A stretch of 64,000 bases of DNA from contig CALSUG010000006.1 of NCBI GenBank assembly GCA_943789475.1, forward strand, positions 41,834 to 105,833, in the 5' to 3' direction. The position numbers were made by a program, and so were the translations under genes. This stretch comes from an uncultured Alphaproteobacteria bacterium. Its GTDB lineage: Bacteria > Pseudomonadota > Alphaproteobacteria > Micavibrionales > UBA1664. The notes under the pieces are model-generated. The model ran no database searches. It saw only the letters and a list, made by a program, of their open reading frames with translations, and was not told the DNA's origin. Positions 1 to 9,613 of this stretch are shown here, in pieces (the stretch's first letter is position 1; each line of letters starts with the position of its first letter).

Positions 1-1005
1 TGACGGTACAAAAACAACACCACCGGCATCATCCACGGATGATGCAAGTGCTTCACTCTCACCTGCATCATCAAACATGTTCAAATTATCGCGCAAAAAT
101 TGTACGGCCGCACCCGCGACAAAAATCGATCCCTCCAACGCATACGTTGTTTGTCCATCAATTTTCCAAGCCACCGTCGACAATAGTTTATTTTGCGATT
201 TTACAGGCAGATCCCCCGTATTCATCAGTGCAAAACATCCCGTGCCATAGGTTGATTTCACCATGCCTTTTTCAAGACATGCTTGTCCAAATGTTGCCGA
301 TTGTTGATCCCCTGCCATGGCCAAAATGGGCAAAGGTCTATCAAATAATTTTGTTACACCAAATTGCGCGCAATTTTCCATCACCGTTGGTAAAATTGAT
401 TGCGGAATGCCGATACGGTCACATTGCACATTGTCCCATTGCATATCATGGATATTAAATACCATTGTCCGCGCCGCATTGGATACATCGGTGGCATGAA
501 CATCACCATTCGTTAATTTCCACAAAAGGTAACTGTCAATTGTTCCAAACAATACATCATTTTGATTTACACCAGTGTGATTTAAAATCCATTTTATTTT
601 TGTTGCAGAGAAATAAGGATCGGCGAACAATCCAGTCCGTGCCTGAATATCATTTTCATATTGCTTCAGTATTTCACAAAAATCGGCCGTGCGGCGATCT
701 TGCCACACAATCGCGTTATAGATTGGTTCGCCTGTTTTTTTATCCCAAATAACGGTCGTTTCGCGTTGGTTGGTAATGCCCATACCTACGACATGTGTGA
801 TATCAATTTGCGTCAACACATCCTTACAAACCTCAACAACATCGTTCCATATTTGTGTTGCATCTTGTTCCACCCATCCTGATTGAGGCGTTATCAATGG
901 TAATTCTTTTTGTGCCTTGGCGACTATTTCACCACGCGCATTAAAAATAAGCGCACGTGTGCTGGTCGTGCCTTGATCAAGGGCAAGGACTAATTCACCA
1001 CTCAT
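1..1005 (-). CDS. glpK: glycerol kinase (runs off window edge)
   Basis: Hand translation from the ATG at 1005 (ATGA overlap with the glpD stop) gives MSGELVLALDQGTTSTRA...YALEGSIFVAGAAVQFLRD. It is absent from the ORF track because there is no stop in the window. Confidence 0.95.
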   Translation of the reverse strand, partial: MSGELVLALDQGTTSTRALIFNARGEIVAKAQKELPLITPQSGWVEQDATQIWNDVVEVCKDVLTQIDITHVVGMGITNQRETTVIWDKKTGEPIYNAIVWQDRRTADFCEILKQYENDIQARTGLFADPYFSATKIKWILNHTGVNQNDVLFGTIDSYLLWKLTNGDVHATDVSNAARTMVFNIHDMQWDNVQCDRIGIPQSILPTVMENCAQFGVTKLFDRPLPILAMAGDQQSATFGQACLEKGMVKSTYGTGCFALMNTGDLPVKSQNKLLSTVAWKIDGQTTYALEGSIFVAGAAVQFLRDNLNMFDDAGESEALASSVDDAGGVVFVPS

Positions 1006-2501
1006 TTCGCATGATCTTTCATATATTTATGAACGGCCTTTTGTGATGCCTTATCCAAATGCAAATACAACTTTGTTCGACGGTACAAAACATCATCACC
1101 TGTTTTTGCAAATTCATAAGCTATCAAATAGTCCAATTCGCGCCCATATACACCACCACCAACATCCATTCCCATATCATCAAGTGATTGTGCACGATTA
1201 AGGATAATATCCATACATGCCCCATATGTTCGCGCGTAACGGCTAATTAATTCCTTAGATAAAAATGGATATTCAATTGTTTTTTCACGGATAAAACGTT
1301 TCAGATCATCTTCTTCTATATCACCACCCGGGAGTTTCTCACCTGCCGTCCAATGATGAGGTTCTTTATGAAATTGACGATCAATTTTATCAACGACCTC
1401 TTGTGCCAACACACGGTATGTCGTTAACTTGCCACCAAGGACCGACAAAAATGGCAATCCATCGACATGTTGTAAATTCAAATCATAATCACGCGTTGCA
1501 TATGCCGCCTCGCCCTCATCATCATCCGCCAATGGACGCACACCGGCATAAGACGCAATAACATCTATACCCCGTATTTTCTTTTTAAAATATTTTTGAA
1601 TAACGTTTTTTAGATATCCAATTTCACTATCGCTAATTTCAATTTTTTGGTCAGGATCATCACCCAAATCAACGTCCGTTGTCCCAATTAATGTATAATC
1701 CCCCTCATATGGAATGGTAAATACAATGCGGCCATCTTCGTTTTGAAGAATGTAACATTCATCACTTTTATAAAGTTTGGGAACAATGATGTGTGATCCT
1801 TTTACAAGGCGGAGCGATTGTGGTTTCACCTCACCTACCATTTTCATCACATTCGATGCCCATGGCCCCGCCGCGTTTACAATCATTTGCGCCGTGTATG
1901 TTTGACCATCATCACATGTGATATCCCATTGATCACTTTCATGATCCAACGACACACATTTTGTATTTGTTTTAACCACCGCACCGCGTGCATTCGCATC
2001 CATGGCATTTAAAACAACCAACCGTGCATCATCTACCCAACAGTCAGAATATGAAATACCTTTTTTAAATTTATTATTTAAAATATGATTATTAACCTCT
2101 GTTTTAAATGATTTTTTTAATTTTGTTTTTCCCGATAAAAAATCATAAATATACAACCCGATACGGATCATCCACATTGGCCTTTGATGTGGCTCATGCG
2201 GTAAAATAAATTGTAATGGCCAAACAATATGTGGCGCCATCCCCATCAAAACATCACGTTCGCGCAACGCCTTTTTCACCAATCCAAATTCAAAATTTTC
2301 AAGATAACGCAAGCCACCATGGATTAATTTTGTGCTCGCGCTTGATGTCGCCGATGCGAAATCACCCTGTTCAATCAACAACACCTTATATCCACGACCA
2401 ACGGCATCACGCGCAATACCACACCCGTTAATTCCACCACCAATAATACAAATATCAAATACGCCCTTATCCATATTTACATTAGGCGCTGATTTCACCA
2501 T
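1002..2501 (-). CDS. glpD: FAD-dependent glycerol-3-phosphate dehydrogenase
   Basis: GGGINGCGIARDA, STKLIHGGLRYLE and GGKLTTYR motifs; adjacent to glpK. Confidence 0.95.
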   Translation of the reverse strand: MVKSAPNVNMDKGVFDICIIGGGINGCGIARDAVGRGYKVLLIEQGDFASATSSASTKLIHGGLRYLENFEFGLVKKALRERDVLMGMAPHIVWPLQFILPHEPHQRPMWMIRIGLYIYDFLSGKTKLKKSFKTEVNNHILNNKFKKGISYSDCWVDDARLVVLNAMDANARGAVVKTNTKCVSLDHESDQWDITCDDGQTYTAQMIVNAAGPWASNVMKMVGEVKPQSLRLVKGSHIIVPKLYKSDECYILQNEDGRIVFTIPYEGDYTLIGTTDVDLGDDPDQKIEISDSEIGYLKNVIQKYFKKKIRGIDVIASYAGVRPLADDDEGEAAYATRDYDLNLQHVDGLPFLSVLGGKLTTYRVLAQEVVDKIDRQFHKEPHHWTAGEKLPGGDIEEDDLKRFIREKTIEYPFLSKELISRYARTYGACMDIILNRAQSLDDMGMDVGGGVYGRELDYLIAYEFAKTGDDVLYRRTKLYLHLDKASQKAVHKYMKDHAK

Positions 2502-2530
2502 AATTTCAAGTCAAAGAGATGATTATTCAC

Positions 2531-3878
2531 ATGACGCGGTTTCTCGCGCTGTTTTTTATATTTGGTTTTTCGACGGATGTTTTTGCAAATGATAGCAAAG
2601 ATAAGAGCCTTTATGACCATTTTAAAGGCCTCATCCTCGACACCCCACCACCACGACCAACACTGTCCAAAAAATATCCAACAGACAACAATATTGATGC
2701 CATTATCAAACACACACGCGTCAATCATATGAAGGTGGATGATAGTGTCGCAACCGCATGCATCACATCATCACCACATCATAACTATTCCATCATGGAA
2801 AATATTGGTCAATCCGCACGCGTCATAGCAAACAACCTGAATAAAGATATAAAATCATTTACATTCCAACCACGTTTTGGCGGCCTAAAAGGCCCAAAAA
2901 TTACAATCATGCGTAAAGATTTAGAACACGCACTCATACACAAACAAGGATCCGCACAAGAAATATTTCACAACACACATATCACCACAAAATCACAAAT
3001 CAATTGCAACACAGGCATCACCTATAACAACCATTACATCATCCACAACCATGTTGATACATATGAAAGTGACGTCACTCCCCTCATTCGTTCATCATTA
3101 AAATGGCGAAACGAATTAAACCTTGGGCAATATTTGATGGGCACGATGAGCACACGATATGCGCTTGGCGATAATTTAGACAAAGACAGAAACCTCAATA
3201 TTCTTGATCGCCCTGATCCAATCCGCCAAGATGTCATTGCATTCCAATATCAAAATGTAAATCTTGAGCGCCTAATGTTAAGCGGTTTGGCAACACCGCG
3301 TGACAATTTGTATATAGCTGGACATATAGGGTATTTAGAAGAAATGTTCGCAGGCGCAGGTGCCGAAATCCTCTATCGTCCATTCGATGAACAATTCGCC
3401 ATTGGGGCAGAGGCATGGAACACAATCAAACGTGCACCATATAATGGCTCAATATGGGCAACGGATAATCATAACAGACAACAAAGTTATCTCCTCAATG
3501 CATGGTATGACTTATCCGAAACACCATTATCCTTTGGTACATCCGTAGGGCGATTTTTAGATGGCGATATAGGGATAGAACTCAAAAGCAGATGGACACC
3601 AAAACCGGGGTGGAGGGTCGAGGGTGTCACCACATTCACAAACGAAAACGACACAACATTGGGAAATGATAAAAACGAATGTGTTTACAGGATTGCGCGC
3701 AACCATACCATTAGGGCAATTTAAATTATTACCCGACCAAAGTCGAACAGAATTAAACATCACGCCATTCGCTCGTGACAAAGGCCAACGCATCGACAAT
3801 CCATACCCATTATATGATTACACAGACCCGTGGAGCACGAGAAACATCAACCGTTATTGGAATAAGATTACGAATTAA
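2531..3878 (+). CDS. YjbH-domain exported/outer-membrane protein (frameshift near C-terminus)
   Basis: Signal peptide; GYLEEMFAGAGAEILYRP and GRFLDGD motifs. An extra A in the run at 3671-3675 moves the last ~65 aa into the 3624..3878 frame. Confidence 0.65.
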
Positions 3879-4422
3879 AGGCGCAATATTGTCATTTGCC
3901 CCTGTTTAGCCATTTTATAAAAATTTAACATCATTATAGCCTTTGGTGGTAATACAGCACCAGCAATAACACGCGCAGGAAAATCCCCTAAACGTCGAAC
4001 CGTGCGTTCAGAAAATGCATGCGATTCTGAATGTCCGTTATCATACCAATCTTTCAAGATATCAAATGGCGCACGTATTTCTTGCACCTGTTCATCATCA
4101 GGGTATTTTTTTCAGCGCTTCATCAAAGGCCCATTCAACCGCTTTTTAAGCTTTCCGAAAATGTCTTCTTTTTATGCACATCATTTTGAACATCCTCCTC
4201 AGTTATTTTTTCAAAAAATGTGCAATGTAATTGATCGAACAATTCAAGAGTCCCCTCTCCATACATATCAGGTTGCACAATTTCATTACACAAACGCCCC
4301 AATTTACCTACAAGCATATTAAAATCGTCCGTTGCCTGGCGGGCACTTATATCCTTAAAATTAGAAGAAAATTTAAGATCATAATTTATTGCAACATTTG
4401 CAAAAAACAAAACGAGCGACAT
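3875..4422 (-). pseudogene. hypothetical protein split into fragments
   Basis: ORFs 4135..4422 and 3875..4087 join if one base is removed from each of the runs at 4143-4147 and 4106-4112; start uncertain. Confidence 0.4.
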
Positions 4423-4479
4423 TAGATAATTTAAACATCCCTTATCAATATTGCAAAAATATGAAAATACAATTATTTT

Positions 4480-4920
4480 TTAATTTTTCAGACGATTTGA
4501 ACCCAATAAACCTATTTCTGCAGGGCTAAAATTTTCTATTTCATCTGTTGGACCACAACCACTCACGAAATATATACTATTTGTCCCCCCTCTTCCAAAG
4601 ACTATATAATTTTTACCCGCGTAAATTCCCACGGCATGGTAATAATTTTGTGAAATGATAACATCATCACCAACCTCAACATTATCCCCCTTCCACAATT
4701 TTAAAACCACCATAGGTTCAGAAATATTTTCTTCTTCTTTCTTTCTTGGAACATCTTGGTATACATTAGGATTTTCTGACAATCTTCCTTCGAAAATAAT
4801 ATCGCTATTCTCAATAATCTCACTATCCACTCTTTGTTTAATACACTGCCCTGCATATGCTACGTTTATGATTGACACTCCAAATAGAGTTATTAAAGTC
4901 ATTAAAAAATATCGCATCAT
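4480..4920 (-). CDS. secreted protein, TIMP/NTR-like pattern
   Basis: Signal peptide, then Cys near the mature N-terminus, SDIIFEGR, VLKLWKG, GKNYIVFG and CGPT. Confidence 0.5.
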   Translation of the reverse strand: MMRYFLMTLITLFGVSIINVAYAGQCIKQRVDSEIIENSDIIFEGRLSENPNVYQDVPRKKEEENISEPMVVLKLWKGDNVEVGDDVIISQNYYHAVGIYAGKNYIVFGRGGTNSIYFVSGCGPTDEIENFSPAEIGLLGSNRLKN

Positions 4921-4958
4921 TATCTCCCTCTTGTTTTCATCCCTATTCAGTAAAGCAT

Positions 4959-6998
4959 TTACAACCCCAACTGCATAGCCTCGAGCTTTTTAATTTGATC
5001 ACGTATTTGCGCCGCGGTTTCAAATTCTAGATCGCTGGCAGCGTCCTGCATATCCTTCGTCAAACGCTTTATCGTTTTTGCGATATCTTCGGGTTTGATG
5101 GTTTCCGCATCTTTACCCTTTATCTTAATTTTCACATCGGTTAGGACATCGCCCTTACCCATGATGTCGGCAATTGCCTTTTTCACCGTTTGCGGTGTAA
5201 TGCCATGCTCGGCATTATGGGTCTGTTGTTTTTCACGACGGCGGGCGGTTTCATCCATCGCATCTTTCATTGATCCCGTTATTTTATCCGCATATAAAAT
5301 CACACGTCCATCGGCATTCCGCGCGGCGCGTCCAATGGTTTGGATGAGTGACCTGCGCGAGCGCAAGAACCCCTCTTTATCCGCATCCAAAATTGCAACA
5401 AGACCACATTCAGGAATGTCTAACCCTTCACGTAACAAGTTAATTCCAATCAACACATCATATTCACCAAGGCGTAAATCGCGGATAATTTCGATCCGTT
5501 CCAACGTATCAATATCGGAATGGAGGTATCGCACTTTAAACCCTGCCTCAACCATATACTCGGTCAAACTTTCCGACATTTTTTTTGTCAGTGTGGTAAT
5601 CAGAACACGGTATCCACCATCAATCACCTTGCGGCACTCATCCATTACATCATCAACCTGATGCGTTGTTGGTCGCACCTCAACTGGTGGATCAATCAAT
5701 CCTGTTGGCCGCACGATTTGTTCAATAAATGCACCACCCGTTTGTTCCAATTCCCAATCCCCCGGCGTGGCGGATACATAGACCGTTTGCGGACGCAACG
5801 CGTTCCATTCATCAAATTTTAATGGGCGGTTATCTTTTGCCGCGGGCAATCTAAACCCATAATCAACTAGATTTGTTTTACGCGCACGGTCACCATTATA
5901 CATTCCACCAATTTGCGATACCATCACATGGCTCTCGTCCAAAAACATCAATGCGTTATCGGGTAAATATTCAATCAATGTCGGGGGCGCTTCACCTTCC
6001 GCCCTACCCGTCAGGTATCTTGAATAATTCTCAATTCCTTGACACACACCGGTGGCACCCAACATTTCCAGATCGAATTTAGTCCGTTGGTTAAGGCGTT
6101 GCGATTCCAGCAACTGTCCCTCATTATCAAACCAGGCCAAGCGATCTTTCAAATCAATCTTAATCTGTTCCATCGCCTGTGCAATCGTGGGGCCAGGTGT
6201 AATATAATGCGAATTCGCATACACGCGCACGCCATCCATTTTATGGAATTTTTCACCCGTGAGCGGATCAAATTCTGTCACCGTCTCCATCTCATCACCA
6301 AACAAACTAAATCGCCATGCGCGGTCTTCCATATGGGATGGGAACAACTCGACCGTGTCCCCTCGTACACGAAAGCTTCCGCGTTCAAATGCCAAATCAT
6401 TGCGTTTATATTGCAAGGCCACCAATTTAGCCAACAAATCTTGGCGATCAATTTGCATGCCCTTATAAACGTCAAAGGTCATGGCCGCGTAATCTTCTTT
6501 CGATCCGATACCATATATACATGATACAGACGCCACGATGATAACGTCTTTGCGTTCAAATAATGAACGCGTGGCCGCGTGACGCATACGATCGATTTCT
6601 TCGTTAATATCGGATTCTTTTTCAATGAACGTGTCTGTTCGCGCGACATAAGCCTCAGGTTGATAATAATCATAATAAGACACGAAATATTCGACAGCAT
6701 TATCGGGAAAGAACGCCTTAAATTCTTGATAAAGTTGCGCCGCTAACGTCTTATTTGGTGCCATGATAAGCGCGGGACGTTGTGTTTCCTCAATCACATG
6801 CGCCATGGTAAAGGTCTTACCCGATCCTGTTACCCCCAGCAAAACTTGATCGGTTTCACCATTGCCTAATCCTTCAACCAATTGACGAATTGCCTCGGGC
6901 TGATCCCCCGCGGGTTTAAATTCAGATGCAATACGAAACGGTGGGGATTCTTCCATCGGTTCGCTTGCTGCTTGATTGAGTTCAACTGCCATAACCAT
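4959..6998 (-). CDS. uvrB: excinuclease ABC subunit B
   Basis: [22 protein letters not shown] motifs and C-terminal UVR coiled coil. Confidence 0.98.
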   Translation of the reverse strand: MVMAVELNQAASEPMEESPPFRIASEFKPAGDQPEAIRQLVEGLGNGETDQVLLGVTGSGKTFTMAHVIEETQRPALIMAPNKTLAAQLYQEFKAFFPDNAVEYFVSYYDYYQPEAYVARTDTFIEKESDINEEIDRMRHAATRSLFERKDVIIVASVSCIYGIGSKEDYAAMTFDVYKGMQIDRQDLLAKLVALQYKRNDLAFERGSFRVRGDTVELFPSHMEDRAWRFSLFGDEMETVTEFDPLTGEKFHKMDGVRVYANSHYITPGPTIAQAMEQIKIDLKDRLAWFDNEGQLLESQRLNQRTKFDLEMLGATGVCQGIENYSRYLTGRAEGEAPPTLIEYLPDNALMFLDESHVMVSQIGGMYNGDRARKTNLVDYGFRLPAAKDNRPLKFDEWNALRPQTVYVSATPGDWELEQTGGAFIEQIVRPTGLIDPPVEVRPTTHQVDDVMDECRKVIDGGYRVLITTLTKKMSESLTEYMVEAGFKVRYLHSDIDTLERIEIIRDLRLGEYDVLIGINLLREGLDIPECGLVAILDADKEGFLRSRRSLIQTIGRAARNADGRVILYADKITGSMKDAMDETARRREKQQTHNAEHGITPQTVKKAIADIMGKGDVLTDVKIKIKGKDAETIKPEDIAKTIKRLTKDMQDAASDLEFETAAQIRDQIKKLEAMQLGL

Positions 6999-7010
6999 GC
7001 GTCAAAACAT

Positions 7011-7025
7011 AAACAAAACAGGAAC
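7011..7025 (-). promoter_or_regulatory. putative alphaproteobacterial LexA (SOS) box
   Basis: AAAC-N7-GAAC, one mismatch from GAAC-N7-GAAC, 12 bp upstream of uvrB. Confidence 0.45.
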
Positions 7026-7091
7026 ATTTGAAAAGAAGAAATTCTCACTCCAATATTGATAACACTCATTTAATCATGTAACTCATTACCC

Positions 7092-7742
7092 ATGAAAGAA
7101 TTTTTACAAACACGCAGATCAACCAAAGTGAAAATGATGAGCGAACCTGGCCCATCACAAGATGAACTGAACGAGATTTTAAAAATCGCTGCACGTGTTC
7201 CTGATCATGGAAAATTATCCCCCTTTTATTTTATTGTTTTTCAAGGTGATGTTCGCAAATAATTTAGTCAACATTTACGCAATGTATGGGCGGATGAGCA
7301 TCCTGATGCCACCGAAGATTTCTTAAAAAATGAAGAAAATAGATTTATGCAGGCACCATTGGTTGTCGCAGTCATATCACGTATTCGCGATGCAAAAATT
7401 CCTGCATGGGAACAAATATTAACCGCTGGCGTATGTTGCCACAATTTATGCCTCGCGGCCAATGCACATGGGTATGGCACGAATTGGTTAACACAGTGGT
7501 ATTACAACCATCCTGAGGTTCGCAAAATTCTTAATCTTGAAAATGGACGCGACAACGTCGCGGGCTTTATCTATATCGGCACAGAAACCGAAAAACAAGA
7601 TGATCGCAATAGACCAGATATTTCCTTCATCACAAATCATTGGACTTCCCATAACTCAAGTGATAAAAAAGGTGATTGCTATAATAAAGATGGATTAGGG
7701 AGTCCGCACCATGGGTTTACAATTACACAATTCTCGACCTAA
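7092..7742 (+). pseudogene. YdjA-like nitroreductase with in-frame TAA
   Basis: MKEFLQTRRS...AARVPDHGKL is in frame with ORF 7347..7742 but interrupted by TAA at 7260-7262. Confidence 0.75.
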
Positions 7743-7824
7743 ATCAGATACATTAACTTATTTAACTTTGTCTCCATTGGCGGAGATTAAAACATGCATC
7801 GCCTCAATCGGAAGTGGCAGTATA

Positions 7825-8007
7825 ATGGCCGATGTTGCAGTAACCGCATTTAAATTTGTTGCCATGCCTGCCCTTTTAACCGTAGGAATTGCTAGCATTG
7901 CATTTTTAGCCACTGTCGATTACGTCAGTGATAAAATGACAGAACGTGCACTCGATAAAGGTGATGTAAAAATTAAAACAGTCAAACGCCCACAGATTGA
8001 TATTTAA
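7825..8007 (+). CDS. small hypothetical membrane protein
   Basis: One hydrophobic segment within ORF 7711..8007; start uncertain. Confidence 0.35.
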   Translation: MADVAVTAFKFVAMPALLTVGIASIAFLATVDYVSDKMTERALDKGDVKIKTVKRPQIDI

Positions 8008-8639
8008 AGCACCTTATCCTTAAATCCGCAAAGGTCAGAAATGATACAGTTTCCGCAATCTGGTTTACGTGCCTTGCACATATAACGCCCATGAAGAATA
8101 AGCCAGTGATGCGCGTAATATAAAAAACTCCTTTGGAATTTTTTTCTCTAACTTATGCTCAACTTCATCAGGGGTCTTCCCCTTGGCCATGCCTGTCCGA
8201 TTCCCCACACGGAACAGATGTGTATCAACGGCAATTGTTGGATAACCAAACGCAACATTCAAAACAACATTCGCGGTTTTACGCCCTACCCCTGGCAAAG
8301 CCATTAATTCTTCGCGTGTTTGAGGAACGTTCGACCCGTGATTATCAATCAATAACTTTGAAAGCTTAAACACATTGGCGGCCTTAGCCTTATAAAGCCC
8401 TATCGTTTTAATATACTCACGAATGACATCTTCGCCCAATTCAACCATTTTTTCTGGTGTATCCGCGATCGGAAATAAATGCTGGGTCGCCTTATTCACA
8501 CCAATATCCGTGGCCTGTGCCGACAACACAACCGCCACTAACAATGTAAAAATCATTCGTGTATTCAAGGTCGCTTTTCGGTTGGGGATTATCCGCACGA
8601 AGGCGTGTAAACAATTCAGTTATTTTTTTCTTTATTCAT
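8004..8639 (-). CDS. nth: endonuclease III (three frameshifts in this assembly)
   Basis: LSAQATD, LPGVGRKTANV and VDTH motifs. Removing one base at each of 8623-8629, 8548-8552 and 8122-8127 restores MNKEKITELF... and the 4Fe-4S motif CKARKPDCGNCIISDLC. Confidence 0.92.
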
Positions 8640-8668
8640 GATGGCCATTTCATATTATAGACATTAAT

Positions 8669-8693
8669 AGCACTCATATACCATACGAGTGCT
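8669..8693 (-). terminator. hairpin between the secreted gene and nth
   Basis: AGCACTCGTAT-GGT-ATATGAGTGCT stem on the minus strand (one G-U pair); weak U tract. Confidence 0.3.
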
Positions 8694-8710
8694 CATCATA
8701 ATATGAGAAG

Positions 8711-9094
8711 TTACGGCTTTACCTGTGGCTGATTTTTGAGTGTATCAGACGCAACAATATAAACATTTTCACCATCTGTAAAAAAATTATCCGTTTCAAC
8801 ACCTTTTAATGCAGGAACCGTAGTGTCATTTTCATAGGCGCCCCATGCTTGCATGATTTTAATTTTTTCACCCATTGATGCTTGTGTTAATTCACATGTG
8901 TCCTCGATTAAATTATCATCCGCAACCTTGTATACCGTCACCTGAACACCGTAATGAGAAAAATGCGTATAACCACTTTCTAATAAATTAGAAAGTGACG
9001 CATCCCCGCAACCCAAATCACTTGCCAACACAGAACTAGATAACGATAGAGCGCAAAATACACCCACAACAGCAGTCTCAAAATATTTTTTCAT
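8711..9094 (-). CDS. secreted hypothetical protein
   Basis: MKKYF... signal peptide; two Cys in the mature region. Confidence 0.6.
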   Translation of the reverse strand: MKKYFETAVVGVFCALSLSSSVLASDLGCGDASLSNLLESGYTHFSHYGVQVTVYKVADDNLIEDTCELTQASMGEKIKIMQAWGAYENDTTVPALKGVETDNFFTDGENVYIVASDTLKNQPQVKP

Positions 9095-9238
9095 GAGATT
9101 ACTATATAATAAAAAGAGCAATTCTATGTAAAATTATTTTAGTATAATCATGCGTCCGTAATCATCATAGGCCTATTAACATCTTAATGCTAATCTTACT
9201 CGTTGTTTGTAATCAAACTTAGCAAAGGGAATAACATT

Positions 9239-9550
9239 ATGACAGGCAAAACATCAAGGTTTTTACTTACAACATTTACACTTGGTGTATTAGTTATTGC
9301 ACCCGCAATGACTACACATGCCGAAAATGCATATGATTGCGATGCACACGCGGCACATATTGACCATGAAATTGGTGTAGAAAAAGCACTAGATGCTTAC
9401 CATGTCCTTCACGGTGATAAAACCGATGTTCATCATATTATTGATGAACTAAAAAAAACTCATGCAGATGTCGAACATGAGTTGGAAGAGTACGTGGCAA
9501 AAGGGTGTTCTAATGAAGAATTAATCGCCCACGCAAATGACGCGTATTAG
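9239..9550 (+). CDS. small secreted His-rich protein
   Basis: AAGGGA RBS, signal peptide, 10 His and 2 Cys in a ~75 aa mature region. Confidence 0.65.
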   Translation: MTGKTSRFLLTTFTLGVLVIAPAMTTHAENAYDCDAHAAHIDHEIGVEKALDAYHVLHGDKTDVHHIIDELKKTHADVEHELEEYVAKGCSNEELIAHANDAY

Positions 9551-9578
9551 TTATTAATATAATCAACACTAATTATCT

Positions 9579-9611
9579 CCCCATAGCGAAAAAAATCACT
9601 ATGGGGTTTTT
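9579..9611. terminator. intrinsic terminator between convergent genes
   Basis: CCCCATAGCGA...TCACTATGGGG stem followed by TTTTT. Confidence 0.75.
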
Positions 9612-9613
9612 CT

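Noticed and set aside
39-882. Short plus-strand ORFs at the window start, and similar small ORFs opposite core genes throughout
   Set aside because: Antisense to well-supported genes such as glpK, with no recognisable motifs.
7260-7262. Stop-codon reassignment or programmed readthrough
   Set aside because: TAA terminates many normal genes in this window, and this is a single isolated case.
8668-8693. CIRCE (HrcA) element
   Set aside because: Half-sites resemble TTAGCACTC/GAGTGCTAA, but the spacer is 11 rather than 9 bp, the outer bases mismatch and no chaperone gene follows. Better explained as an RNA hairpin.
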